Source: Octopus vulgaris
Lineage: Eukaryota
Direction: 5' to 3'
Assembly (NCBI GenBank): GCA_951406725.2
Contig: OX597817.1
Span: 52,948,001-53,012,000, forward strand
DNA length: 64,000 bases
Positions 1 to 13,745 of this stretch are shown here, piece after piece (position 1 is the first letter of the stretch; every line of letters begins with the position of its first letter). The position numbers and the translations under genes are program-made. The notes beneath the pieces are model-generated. The model saw only the letters and a list, made by a program, of their open reading frames with translations, had not been told where the DNA came from and made no database searches.

Positions 1-1048
1 TATATAATCAGAGACTGGTAATGATTTTATCTGGTATATTAATAACTGTTTAATTATATCCGGAGTAAATTGTTCTGTTGTTAGACAACCATTTAAATCA
101 TTGGAGACTAAGTTGACAGTTGAAGATGTTATCTTGTATAATGGAGGTTTTTGTTGTTCTGCCAACCTGATGGGAACATTGGTGATGAAAGCTGTACACA
201 AAGATATAGGTTGTGACTCACTGGCATAGCTGAATAAGTTTAAATTGAAAGCATTGTGGTCAGGTTATTGTGGAAATATGGAAGTAGATGGAGAATGTCT
301 GGCATAACACCTGAATTACCTCACACTGTGCACACACTGGTCTAAAAATAAACATTGGTTTCTATTTCTGGCACAAGGCCAACTATTTCAGAGGAAGAAA
401 TAAGTCGACTACATCAACCCCAACAAATAACTGGTATTTATTTTATTGACTATGAAAGGCAAAGTCAGCCTCAGCAGAATTTGAATTCAAGACTGATGAA
501 ATACCACGAAGCATTTCGCCACGTGTGCTAACAATGCCGCTAGCTTATTACCTTTGTCTGTAAATAAATATCAACCACATGGTCCAGGAGTGGCTGTGTG
601 ATAAGAAGCTTGCTTCTTATCCACATGGTTTCAGATTCAGTCCCACTGCGTGGCACCTTGAGCAAGTGTCTTCTACTATAGCTTCAGGCTGACCAAAGCC
701 TTGTCAATGGATTTGGTAGACAGAAACTGAAAGAAGCCCATCTGTATGTATATATATATATGTGTGTGTGTGTGTGCATTTTGTCAGGTGTGCTAATGTT
801 TCTGCTTGCTTGCCACCTTAATAATAATAATCCTTTCTACAATAGGCACAAGGCCTGAAATGTGGTGGAGACGGGATTAGTAGATTACATCGACCCCCAG
901 TGTTTCACTGGTACTAAATTTATCGACCCCTGAAAGGATGAAAGGCAAAGTCGACCCTGGCAGAATTTTGAACTCAGAACGTAGTGACAGGCAAAATACT
1001 GCTGAGCATTTCGCCCGGTGTGCTAGCAATTCTGCAGCTCACCACCTC

Positions 1049-1083
<35 letters not shown>

Positions 1084-1105
1084 CAACAATAACAATAATA
1101 ATAAT

Positions 1106-1664
1106 AAATGCTCTGATGTGGTACCAGGCAGTGGCTCTCATGGCTTCTCACCTCAACTGATTGGAAGTATTATCATGTACATTGTTTTGTCTTGATATAA
1201 AAGATGGGCTACAGCAAATGTTCTGCTCAATACCACAGATTTGCTTGTCAGTTGCTAGATCTTAATCAGTTGAGCATGTCCCTTAGTGGCTGATGATATG
1301 TGCATCTCTGACCATGAGCAGAAGTAGTGGGGGAGCATTGTAGCCGTGTGTTGAGAGGAATTCTTGGAGGTTTGGATAATTCACCTCTGGAAACATGGGT
1401 GTTTTCGTTCAACATCCTTAAACAACTCTTATTCAGGGACCTTTTGAGTGGGATGGGCTACTTGACCCGATGAAAATTTTAACTGGGCCCCACCTGCAAG
1501 GTCACGTGCTGTTTATCTTGATATGAGATCACCATGTCTCGCACACATGGTTGTGATGCATGTGCCTGGTGTACCCTTATCAGATGGGTGGTCATGATGG
1601 GTATACTGGGCTTCGTATATTTTACCCTAGTGTCACATTGATAGCATGCACTGCTCTCTCACCC
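1106..1664 (+). mobile_element. About 560-bp non-coding interspersed repeat embedded in (TAA)n
   Basis: Homologous copies at 17925-18368 (+), 47285-47740 (-), 55600-55694 (-) and 55880-56437 (-). The end ...cactgctctctcac(t/c)caataat runs into TAA repeats. Confidence 0.8.
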
Positions 1665-2774
1665 AATAATAATAATAATAATAATAATAGTAATAATAAT
1701 AATAGTGATGATGATAATAATAATAATAATAATAATAATAATAGTGATGTGATTTCAAAATTTGGCAATAATAGTAATAGTGGATAAAATTTGAGTGTTG
1801 AGAGAGCTTGTTACTGATTATACTAATAATCAAATACATTCCATCCATGACCATCCCATCTATTTATATCAGGTATATCATGTGTCCTTTATTTTAAGGT
1901 TTTGGGATGTGGTTAGAGGTTGCATTTGACTGCTATTTCTAGCAGTTCAAGGGACCATATAATTGTGTGCAGACAGAATAGTCTAGTTAGAAAGGTGTGT
2001 GTGTGTGTGTGCCTGTGCATGTGTGGACAGTGTAAAAAGGCGAGGGTGTGTTTAATGGTGAGGGGGTGCTTAATGGTGTTGATGTAGAGATAATGTATGG
2101 AATGGTAAGGGATCAGAGCAGGAAGAGGAAATTCCTTTTCAAGAATGATATTGCCATGGATGTTGCAAAGTGGAGGGGACATTCTTCACCCTTTGTTTTT
2201 ATGTCTTTCTGTGATTCATTGAAACCTCATCACATCCTCCTTCTCCCTCCCCACCCCTACCGGTCCCACCCCTGCAGGGTGTCCCCTCCCTTCCCCCCTC
2301 CACCTCAGTGAGTCATTTATTACTTTTACAGACTTGAAAAACTGGGGTCTATGGGTTTTGTCTTTGTATGGAAGTGGAGTGTGCGTGCATGTGTAACATT
2401 GGCCGCGCGTGTGTGTGTGTGTGTGTGTGTGTGTTTAAAGAAGTGTAGTTTTGTGTATGTGGTTGTTGTGTGTGGGTGTACAGAAGTTCTGTGTGTACCC
2501 CTATCATCACTGTCATGTTAATATAAATGTTTAGAAGCATAGATATTGTATGTGTGTGTGTGTGTGCTTTACAGTGTAATTGTGTGTGTTTGTGTATAAA
2601 AAGGGTAGTTTGTGTGGGTGGGTGGGTGTTTGAAAGTTAAATAGGGGAAGTGTGTCACTTGTGTACTTGTACAGAAGTTTAGGTGTGTGCATTTGTAATA
2701 AAAAGATTCTATGTAATGGGTGTAGTGTGCGTGTATATATATTTAGCATATATATATGTGTGTGTGTGTGTGTT

Positions 2775-3172
2775 CTTTTACTTGTTTCAGTCATCTGACT
2801 GCGGCCGTGCTGGAGCACCTCCTTTAGTTGAGCAAATCGATCCCAGAACTTATTCTTTGTAAGCCTTGTACTTATTCTATCAGTCTCTTTTGCTGAACTG
2901 CTAAGTGACAGGGATATAAACACACCAACATCAGTTGTCAAGCGATGTTAGGGACAAAGACAGACACACAAACATATATACACACATACATATACATATA
3001 TATATATATGTATACGATGGGCTTCTTTCAGTTTCTGTCTACCAAATCCACTGACAAGGCTTTGGTCGGCCTGAGACTATAGTAGAAGACACTTGCCCAA
3101 GGTGCCACACAGTGACACTAAACCCTGAACCATGTGATTGGTAAGGAAGCTACTTACCACACAGCCACTCCT
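2775..3172 (-). mobile_element. SINE family A copy
   Basis: Reverse complement of the 19777-20202 family. Confidence 0.85.
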
Positions 3173-3663
3173 ATCTGAAGTGTACCATATTATATATCCA
3201 TCACATCCAATCTTACAATCAGTTTCCTGCTAGACATAGAATGGATTGTTACCTAAACCTCTGTTGTACCCCTAGCATGAAACCCATTGTTAAGATTGAC
3301 TGTTATGAATATATAATACTGTACACTTCAGATAACACGCCCACTCTATTGACAAATATATGAATGTGTCTTTTTTCCTGACTGATGGACTTTTAGATGA
3401 CTTACATGTATATATGGTTGAAGTTTATAGAAAAACAAATGACAGAAACAGGTGTATGAACAACAAGCAAGTGTATTAGTTTGAGGCTTGGGAAAATGAA
3501 AAAGTCTATTACGTTTTGAGCCTGCGCTCTTCAATGTGTTCTTCTCTTAATTCTTCTCATTTTTTTTTCCTTTATAAGACTCACCATTTTCTAAATGTTT
3601 ACCTTCAACTATTTTCTTCAGAATATCCATCATGTGATTGTTTATCTGTTTATTTGTTTACAG

Positions 3664-3785
3664 GCAGGATTCCGAGATGGTGTTGATGGTGGTGAAGAGC
3701 AAGTTCTTCAAAGTAGTTTTGAAACTGGATATGCTATGGCAGCCAAGGAAGCCTGTGAACTTGGCCGTATTCAGGGCCAGATTAG
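3664..3785 (+). CDS. YAE1: YAE1 (Yae1 domain protein) internal coding exon
   Basis: Acceptor tttacag| and donor ag|gtcagt. Translation AGFRDGVDGGEEQVLQSSFETGYAMAAKEACELGRIQGQI matches the Yae1_N pattern G[FY]RDG...LQ.GF..GY......GR..G. The exon ends in phase 2. Confidence 0.85.
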
Positions 3786-4354
3786 GTCAGTCAACTATTT
3801 TGTTTATTTATTTATTTATTTATTTATTTAGTTATCTATTTATTTATTTAGATGCTGTCATGTCAGGTTTTCTCCTCTCTTTGATTTTCTTTTGTTGTGA
3901 CCTTATTAGAAGCATTACAGTACCCAAGATTTGTTGTAGAGCTTCTCAAACTGTGTTGGGTGGAAAATGAATTAGGTTATCTTGAAGACAGAGACCTCAT
4001 CTGAAGCCTCAATAGGGTCAAAGTGGAATATTGGATTATGTCCACCCCACATGAACAGATACAATCTCTCTGGTTGGTTTTCATGTACCAAATTCCAATC
4101 ACAAGGTATCGGTCCAATTGAGACCATAGCAGAGAGATTGATCCTGGAACCACTTAATTGTGAAAGAAGCTTCTTATCCGTACAACTATGCCTACTTCCA
4201 GGGCTGACTCAAGGCACTGGCAACTTCAGCAGTCACCCGGGGGGAACCATGTGTTAGCGGGCACCAAAGAGGGTGTGACAAAGACAAGGAAATTTCCACA
4301 ACTGCCAGCTTATACACTCCGAAGTTCAACTTGCCTGGGGTACCATCTACCCTA

Positions 4355-4773
4355 GGCGGCGAGCTGGCAGAATCATTAGCATGCCAGGCAAAATGCTTAG
4401 CGGTATTTCGTCTGCTGCTACGTTCTGAGTTCAAATTCCGCCGAGGTCGACTTTGCCTTTCATCCTTTCAGGGTCGATTAAATAAATACCAGTTATGCAC
4501 TGGGGTTGATATAATCAATTTAATCTGTTTTTCTGTCCTTGTTTGTCCTCTCTGTGTTTAGCCCCTTATGGGTAGTAAAGAAATAGGTATTTCGTCTGCC
4601 ATTACGTTGTGAGTTCGAATTCCGCCGAAGTCGACTTTACCTTTCATCCTTTCGGGGTCGATTAAATAAGTACCAGTTACGCATTGGAGTCGATTTAATC
4701 GACTTAATCCATTTGTCTGTCCTTGTTTGTCCTCTCTGTGTTTAGCCCCTTGTGGGTAGTAAAGAAATAGGTA
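4355..4773 (+). mobile_element. SINE family B with internally duplicated body
   Basis: Head ggcggcgagctggcagaa, box B gagttcaaattcc, central gtcgactttgcctttcatcctttcggggtcgat..aagtaccag. The body is repeated head-to-tail. Other copies: 355-550(-), 830-1048(-), 6950-7376, 14901-15450, 30030-30260(-), 48425-48582(-), 48670-48870, 63632-64000(-). Confidence 0.8.
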
Positions 4774-5081
4774 CCAGCTACCCTAGGGTTGAACTGAGAT
4801 GTATTGCTGCCATTGTCATTGCACTCATCATTGCCATCATCATCATCTTCATCATTTTGTTTGACTTCTTCCAGATCCTTTATGATCTCCCCTGGCAATG
4901 CTTCCCCTTATATCTCCTGCACTATACTCTGCATTGTAACATTGAACACTACACTATTGTTTTGTGCAATACATTACATTCCAATAGTCACCAGGTGACA
5001 CAGGAAGGGCTCAAACCCAACAATTAGCATTATAGTCAGCTGCTACAAGGGTAAAGGAGATGTCAGTTACAGAGGTATTAA

Positions 5082-5301
5082 CCCTTTCATTACCAACCTG
5101 GCTGAAACCGGCTCTAGCTTTGAGTACAAATGTCTTGTTTTCATAAGTTTAGAATTAAAATCTTCCATCAAACCTTAGTCACAATTTATGTTCCTAGCAC
5201 TAGCTTAATAATAACCAAGTTATTTTACTAAATTCTTTGTTATATTTAAAGTAAGTGAAAGAAACACAGAGCATCTCAAAATAAATACAGTAACGAAAGG
5301 G
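5082..5301. mobile_element. piggyBac-type MITE
   Basis: TTAA-ccctttcattac ... gtaacgaaaggg-ATAA. Removing it restores YRGIKML of the host LINE reverse transcriptase. Confidence 0.7.
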
Positions 5302-6062
5302 ATAAAATGCTTGACTAAGTCGTGAAAGTTACAGAGAAAGTTATAGCCTAATTCATTAAGAGCAGAGTTAGACTAGATGAGATGCGGTTAGGTTTTGTGC
5401 CATGGAGAAGTACTACAGATGCAATCTTTTTATTGAGACAGTTTCAGGGAAAGTATCTGGCTAATAGTAAACCATTGTACTTGATATTTGTCAGCCTGGA
5501 GAAAGCTCACAACAGGTTCCTGCAAGTTTTGATATATAAGAAGTTAGGTTCTGTCACTAGGGTGAGAGTCAGCCATAAGCACTGATGAATTTAGTACTCA
5601 GATAAGAGTTCATCAGAGCTCTGTTCAAAGTCTCCGCTTATTCATCATGGTCTCCAGGCCATAACAGGGGAACTTGAGACAGGCTGATTGTTGGAGCTAC
5701 TGTTTGCTGATGGCCTCACTCTTTTAAGAGAATTGGAAAAGAAATTCCATGTGTGGAATGAAAACTTGGAATTAAAAGGTCTTGAAGTTAACTTAGCAAA
5801 GACCAAAATTGTAGTTAGCATGTAAGCAGTTAATGCTCTCATTCCATCAGGTAAATGGCTCTGTTCAATATGTAGGAAAGTTGTTGGAAAGAATTCCATT
5901 TGATGCACCCAGTGCAAGCTATGGACACTTAAGAGGTGCAGTGGAATCACAGGTAGGTGAACAGAGAAAGATGCACAGGAACAATAAGCACAAAGGACAA
6001 AGAGGAATAAGATTTTCTGAAATGCCCAGGATGCTCCCTAGAGGCTGTAGATAATTTTTGTT

Positions 6063-6420
6063 AGGCGCAGGAGTGGCTGTGTGGTAAGTAGCATGCTTAC
6101 CAACCACATGGTTCCGGGTTCAGTCCCACTGCGTGGCACCTTGGGCAAGTATCTTCTAATATAACCTCGGGCCGACCAATGCCTTGTGAGTGGACTTGGT
6201 TGACGAAAACTGAAAGAAGTCTGTCATATATATGTATATATATGTGTGTGTGTGTTTGTGTGTCTGTGTTTGTCCCCCCAACATTGTTTGACAACCGATG
6301 GTACTGTGTTTACGTCCCCGTGACTAGGCTTACAAAGAATAAGTCCTGGGGTCGATTTGCTCAACTAAAGGCGGTGCTCCAGCATGGCCGCAGTCAAATG
6401 ACTGAAACAAGTAAAAGAGT
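6063..6420 (+). mobile_element. SINE family A copy inserted in the RTE LINE
   Basis: Family A head and tail interrupt the LINE remnant. Confidence 0.85.
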
Positions 6421-6949
6421 AAAGGTGACCAAATTAGCAGTAGAACATGTTCAGAAAGTATAATTACTAGAATAAGAATAGAATGGAGAGAGTTCAAAGA
6501 TCAATTACCTTTGTTGGCAACAAAAGGCCTCCCTCACAGAGTGAAGGTATGATGCTTGTATATGAACAGCAATGCCTTATAGTAGTAGGATGTGGGCTCT
6601 GAATGCAGCGGGCATGTGGAAATTGGAGAGGAATGAAATTAGTATGCTCTGGTGGATGTGCAACATCGGTGTGGACAACGAAATGCGAATGTGTTGAAAG
6701 AAAAGCTGGGGATAAGAGGAATGAGAATCAACATGAGAGAGAGAAGACTGCAATGGTCAGTGGTCAATGGTCAATGGTCATGTGGTACATATGAATGAGA
6801 ACAGCTTGCCAGTTACTTAAAGCAGATGGAACTTGCAGAAAAGGGAGACCCAAGAAATGATAGCATGAAGTAATGAGGGCTGATCTGAAGATGTTGAATC
6901 TCATAGAGGAGATGACAACAGACCGGGGTATGAGCTGGCAGAAACGTTA

Positions 6950-7376
6950 GCATGCCGGGCGAAATGCTTAGCAATATTTTGTCTGCCACTACGTTCTGAG
7001 TTCAAATTCTGCCGAGGTCGACTTTGCCTTTCATCCATTTGTGGTTGATTAAATAAGTACCAGTTACGCACTGGGGTCGATATAATCGACTTAATCCACT
7101 CGTTTGTCCTTGTTTGTCCCTTTTGTGTTTAGCCCCTTGTGGGCAATACAGAAATAAGAAACGTTAGCACGCCGGGCGAAATTCTTAGCCGTATTTTGTC
7201 TGTCTTTACGTTGTGAGTTCAAATTCCGCCGAGGTCGACTTTGCCTTTCATCTTTTCGGGGTCAATTAAATAAATACTAGTTACGCACTGGGATCGATAT
7301 AATCGACTTAATCCGTTTGTCTATTCTTGTTTGTCCTCTCTGTGTTTAGCCCCCTGTGGGTAGTAAAGAAATAGGT
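6950..7376 (+). mobile_element. SINE family B dimer
   Basis: Two head-to-tail units of about 210 bp. Confidence 0.8.
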
Positions 7377-8285
7377 ATGAGGTCCTGGAGAAAACCTTCC
7401 CACCTCAGTGAAACTAAGATCTGGGATCACTGTGTATTATGTGTTCTCCACCCACATGTTACATAAATTCATCCTCACCCCTGCTCCAATGAACCAAACT
7501 ACATCTCGTCATGCATGACCCTTGTCTCTGGCCCCTGGCTTCTGCAACCCAATGCTGCTTGCTATCTCATCTCCCTCTCTCTTGTCGTCCCCTTGCCAAC
7601 CGTATCATTGCTTTCCTGTTACTCCCCTATACACCCGTATCCACTGCTCACTGCATCCCCCTTCTCTTTCCCCCTCTCCCGCCCTCCTTTTACACTCTTT
7701 TGATCTCCTTCCTTGCTCACCCTGACCAATCCTTTGTACCACTCCATTTACATTTACCTCCTTCTACCTTGAGGCTACACTCAGGTACACCTACACCAAC
7801 ATTTCCCCTTCTTTCTCTCTCTCCCTCTACCTCTTCTCTCTCAGGTAACTCCTGTTCTTCTCTACAGCAAGGGCACCTGTTTCTGTTAGTCTATCATACT
7901 TTAACCTTTCATCACCTAACATAAAGCCACCTTCCTCAATACCACTATCCTTCTTAGTTGAGGGGTGCCAGCATCAGTGAGGTGCTGGTGCCATGTAAGA
8001 AGCACCCAGGAATATATATATATATATGTGTGTGTGTGGAGGCACGTGGCTTAGTGGTTAGGGTGTCAAGACCATGATCGTAAGATTGTGGTTTCGATTC
8101 CTGGAATGGGCAACACGTTGTGTTCTTGAGCAAATCACTTCATTTCACATTGCTCCAGTTCACTGAGCTGGCAAAAATGAGTAACGCTGCGATGGACTGG
8201 CGTCCCGTCCAGCTGGGGAACACATACGCTATTGAAACCGGGCCCATGAGCCTGGTTAGGCTTTAAAAGGGTGCATTTATTTTTT

Positions 8286-8320
<35 letters not shown>

Positions 8321-8325
<5 letters not shown>

Positions 8326-8570
8326 GTAAAATAATATGTGACAATTATTCAATAGCCAAGATAAAACTCTGAGTTTTGGATGCCGACGCGTTTTTCAGAT
8401 GGCCAGATAACCGAAGAGATAGTGTTGTGGATTTCCACATCGGCATCCGAAACTCAGAGTTTTATCTTGGCTACCGAATAATTGTCATATTATTTTACAG
8501 ATAAATTTCCTCTATTTACATAATATTGAGGTCTCTTTCTTTCTTTTGTTATCTTACCGTTTTTACCAAT
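8321..8570 (+). mobile_element. Penelope-like terminal fragment with inverted duplication and degenerate hammerhead
   Basis: 8321-8386 is the reverse complement of about 8440-8504. Hammerhead-like gataa-ccgaaga...gaaactcagagtt-ttatc. (TA)n on both sides. Confidence 0.55.
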
Positions 8571-8656
8571 ATATATATATAGTATCTGCTAATACTTTAC
8601 ATGTACCACATCCTTGCATTGTTGTTTTTTGTGTTTGTTAATTTTTTTTATTTACA

Positions 8657-8699
<43 letters not shown>

Positions 8700-8822
8700 A
8701 CTAGAAAGTATCATTTGATGTAATTATGTAACAACAACCTCTCTCTCTCTCTTCCTTCTACATTTAATCTGTTTTTCTTCTGGAATGATAATCTAATGTC
8801 TTTCGTTTCTTTCTCTTCACAG

Positions 8823-9261
8823 TGCTTTACTGCTTTTCAACCGGCACATTAAGCATGGACGGCTGTTTAATGAAGAAATGTCCAACCATTTCAAGCAACT
8901 TCTTGCCGAAATCAACTCCTACAAGCTGACTAACAGTCCTCCAGGCATTTCTTTAACATGTGGAGCCAAAGAGCGAATTAATGAGGCTGTATTTGGGCCT
9001 GAAAAGAACTCTGATCAGTCGCATTCCTTACAATACCACCCACACAACTCTGGCCCCGTTACTGACCGCAACTACGCTTACCAACCAAACCAGAATCAAT
9101 CTTACGTTGACACAAACTCAATGTATGATTTAGATGCTGGCGTTACTGTGGCAAGGTCCATGCCACTTTCTACAACACAGAACATTACTACCTTCAAGGA
9201 CCGATTCCAACGTCTGCTGCAGATGTGCGACGGTTCACTGGTTGCCAAGTTTATTTCCTGA
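8823..9261 (+). CDS. YAE1: YAE1 terminal coding exon
   Basis: Long polypyrimidine tract then cacag| acceptor. AG+T gives Ser, then ALLLFNRHIK..., recreating the conserved ..SALL motif after the Yae1 domain. It is in frame with ORF 8878-9261 up to TGA. Candidate AATAAA at about 9965 and 10361. Confidence 0.8.
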
Positions 9262-10826
9262 GTAACAGCCTAGAAAGGCACTGATCTTCTTCTCCCTGTG
9301 CATCACTGCAGCTACCACTACTAACACAACCAACCATCACCATTACTTTTTCCATCACTACCACCACCATCACCACCACCACCACCACCACAGCCACTAC
9401 CACCACTGCAACCACAACCACCACCACCCACTATACCTTTTCTCTCCTTACTTCTTACACTCAATTCTGCTCCAATTGTTGTGGGTCTCCATACATGTTA
9501 CACACCTTGTGTACGACAAGTTTTCTATTGCACACAGAAACAATATTACACCTGTTTTGTTTCTAATAGATTCACGGTTCACAGCATTTTCAGAATGAAT
9601 GACCCTAATTTCTGACTAATGGACTTCCTTATACCAACTCACTACATCTTCTGAGATTAGAAATCGGAATAATGAATAATGGGCAGATTCGAAAGTAAAT
9701 TAACTGGACATTTCTGGTTTACACAAATCAGTGCATTTCTACCTGTCTGAATGATACTGTTTACAGAGTGTGATGGAAGAGATACCTGTACATTAGAAAT
9801 TAATAAGGAACATTCATATAACCTCCACTTCTTAGATTGTCCTGAATTCATTGAGGCGCCCAGTGGGTGGGTATTTAACTTGCTAGAAATAACAACAATC
9901 TTCCTCAACTCGTATTCTGCTGTTTTTCAAAAACATGGAGGACACATGAAATGATGCAGTCCTGAATAAAAGACCACATGGTCACAGCCAGAATATTTTT
10001 GATCATAGGGCTGTTAGCTCTGGTATAGCCTAGGGTTAAACAACAACAATAACAACATGATCCAGGAACTTCTTCAGTTTGAGTCTGCTGCTGCTGCTGC
10101 TACTGCTGCTGTTACTTTGTTTATTTTTTTTTTAGAATCTACAAAACAAAAACTTTTAAGACAAAAACTACCCCCCGCCCCATTTCACAATCATTCGCAA
10201 CCAAAACCCTGAAACCTGAAAATCTCATTGGTGCAATGACCAGGTCACCTGTCCAACATCCGTCTTCCTTCCTCGCCTTCCCCTACTCACGTTGTCCACA
10301 AGATTTTTTCTTTAACTTGAAACAAGTCAAGCAGGTCTCTGCCGGTTCCTTGAGACATTCAATAAACCACATCAGAACAGTTACCCACTCCCCCCATCAC
10401 AGTTTTTTTTTGTCCCCCCCCCCAACCATTCCCTCTTTGTTATACAAGAAGCTCCTCTGCTCTAACCACACCCAAACACCCACCCCCACACCACTATTGT
10501 TATTACAACCACCACCACTAACACCACTACTACTATCACCAACACTACTGTTACTACAGCTATTACAACCATAAAAAGCCTATGTTATTACTATGGCAAC
10601 CAGTACCTCTACTACTACCACCATCACCACCACCGCCACTAACAACAATACCAACACTACTACTACTACTACTACTACAACCAACACCATCATTGTTACA
10701 ACTTCCACAACCAAACAGCCTATGTAATGAATCTGAACCTAACGACACTCATTAAAATCGCTCTGAATTATATACATGCAAATGAGGATTATTTGTGTGA
10801 ATTAGATTCATTGTAGACATGCAAAC

Positions 10827-10843
10827 TGTGTGTGTGTATGTGA

Positions 10844-10885
<42 letters not shown>

Positions 10886-10886
10886 T

Positions 10887-10926
<40 letters not shown>

Positions 10927-11031
10927 TATATATATATGTATATATAGATATAATACATGTTATATATATATGTATATATATAGATGTAATACATGTAATA
11001 TATATATCTATATTTATGTATTTATTCATAC

Positions 11032-11064
<33 letters not shown>

Positions 11065-11076
11065 CACGTGTATATG

Positions 11077-11126
<50 letters not shown>

Positions 11127-11137
11127 GTGTATATGTA

Positions 11138-11177
<40 letters not shown>

Positions 11178-11285
11178 TATATACATACATATTCATATAT
11201 ATATATATACACACATACACACACACACATATATCTGCATATATATGTACATGTGTGTATATATAAATATATATACACATATATA
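10827..11285. repeat. Compound (TA)/(TG)/(CA) microsatellite
   Basis: Direct reading. Similar tracts at 13365-13745, 37000-37850, 54485-55097 and 60180-61230. Confidence 0.95.
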
Positions 11286-11696
11286 TTTGTTGTTTGTTTA
11301 TATTTTTCTATCTCTGTCTATATGTTTCTGTACATACATCCGTTTCTGTGTGTATAAATATATTTACATATACCCCGTATAGGTGTGTGTGTAACTAGGA
11401 CGACAAGTGTGATAAGCAGATGGCAAGCCTCTGCGATCCAGAGATGTTGTGTTGATGGAGTTGGTTTGTTACCCTACTCCCACCCCATCCCCTTTGTTGT
11501 CTTCATTTCACTTCATGTTTTCACTACTGGCTTCAGAACCGGCATTAACGTCCCCACATCATCGCCCAAATTCCTCACACTGAAGTCAATAGGGCTTAAT
11601 TAGTTACTGACAAGCACCTCAGATCTCTGCCTCATAACCCATTTTCTCCAGGACTTACTGACATACAAAGGCTAGTTAAACAATACTTCATCTATA

Positions 11697-11764
<68 letters not shown>

Positions 11765-11996
11765 ATATATGCGCATATATATTTTTTGTTATGTCTTAGG
11801 AGTGTCGTTATGACAATAATAACACGTGTACAAGCTCAGTTCCACTTCTTTATTGTTGGTTAATAATAATAAGAATAAAGAAGTGAAACTGAACCTGTGC
11901 ATGTGTTACTGGGGTGATGACCATCCCCAGACACAACTTTTGTTTCAACATGATTTTACATAAAAAATCTTGCAAATTGAATGCAAAAACGAAATA

Positions 11997-12028
<32 letters not shown>

Positions 12029-12029
12029 C

Positions 12030-12100
<71 letters not shown>

Positions 12101-12420
12101 TACATATATATAAAAAATTGGGATGTCAAAAGAATAAACAGTTATGTTATGAATTTCATTAGCTTATGAAGTCCATAATATAATTATTTAATCCTTTGTC
12201 TTATTAGCTTCATGGTTGTTACACACACACACAGATATATTATAGAAATAATTATGATGGCCTTGAACGAGCTGTTGGGATAATAAGTTTTACTCTGTCT
12301 TCTGTATTGAATCTGCTCATCAGTGAATGTGCTGTTCTTAACCATGTTTCAAAACATTCAAATAATAACTGTAAATTACACACACATACTTGCGTTCACA
12401 TGTACGTGTGTGTGTGTATG

Positions 12421-12454
<34 letters not shown>

Positions 12455-12717
12455 AATTAGAAAAACCACCTCCCCTGTCAGTAATTGTGTATATTGCACT
12501 CTTCTTACAGCATTCAGAGTATTTTAACTCTTATTTCTAGCAATGTAGGTGTTTTGGCATCCTTAGCCACACTTAGTGAGGATTAAAGTTTTCCTTTATG
12601 GTATTACATTGCGCCTAGCTCTTTATATTAATTTTATATATATATGTGTGTGTGAGTGTGTGTATATCTGTGTATGTGTGTGTATATATATATTATATAT
12701 AAATAAATAAATAAATA

Positions 12718-12760
<43 letters not shown>

Positions 12761-12769
12761 GCACTCATA

Positions 12770-13043
12770 CAGGGTGTTCAAAATGTCTCTTTGCAGTAAG
12801 TATTTTATTGCAAAATGAATGCTTATAAGATGGTATAAGACTACAAAAGAATATATTAGACTTTACAAGACTTTAAAAAACTTTATAAGGTGTTGAAAGT
12901 GTTGTCCTTCATTTTCAATACATAAGTTGACTCTTCTACATGTGTTTTGAAATGCATCTTGGAGAGTCTGACTTTTGGAGAGTCTGACTCTTGGAGAGTC
13001 AGGATGAAAAATGTCACTGCGGAGAGACTTTTTGAACACCCTG
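12770..13043. mobile_element. Tc1/mariner-type MITE
   Basis: TA-cagggtgttcaaaa...ttttgaacaccctg-TA terminal inverted repeats of about 28 bp. Confidence 0.8.
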
Positions 13044-13409
13044 TATATATATTTGTGTCTTCCTCTCCTTTAAACAATTTGTTTTTTTTAACTAATTAAC
13101 GAACCCTTGTCAATACTGATATAATGAAGATGCTGTAGGCAGAAGATACACAGGCAGACAAAACACCATTCAGTATTTATTGTCAGTTCTTTATGTCTGG
13201 CGTTGTAATATCTCCACAGTCACCTTGCCTTTGATTCTTTTTGGAGTTTATAAAATAAGTACCAGTGATGTATTGGAGTCAATAGAACCGACTGTTGCTC
13301 CACAATAGATTTTGTGGCCCTGTGTGGGCTATGTTAGAAATTGTTGTAAACATCATAAATATCAATATATATATATGTATATGTATATATGCATATATGT
13401 ATATGTATG

Positions 13410-13457
<48 letters not shown>

Positions 13458-13546
13458 GTGTATGTATGTATATATATATGTATGTGTATGTATGTATATA
13501 TATATGTATATGTATGTATGTATGTATATATATATATATGTATATG

Positions 13547-13589
<43 letters not shown>

Positions 13590-13659
13590 GTATGTATGTA
13601 TATATATATGTATATATATGTATGTATATATATATATATATATATGTATATCTGTATAT

Positions 13660-13703
<44 letters not shown>

Positions 13704-13710
13704 GTATGTA

Positions 13711-13745
<35 letters not shown>

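Larger units (their letters stand above)
5030..6925 (+). mobile_element. Degenerate RTE-clade LINE (reverse transcriptase region), in YAE1 intron
   Basis: YKGKGD, YRGIK, GFVPWRSTTDAIFLLRQ and LYLIFVSLEKA motifs, plus later LLFAD and GLEVNLAKTK. Many stops. Interrupted by a MITE and a SINE. Confidence 0.8.

Noticed and set aside
493-510. CTGATGA hammerhead core
   Set aside because: Part of a decayed SINE B with no stems or GAAA in the right arrangement. The same applies to cores near 43399 and 51344.
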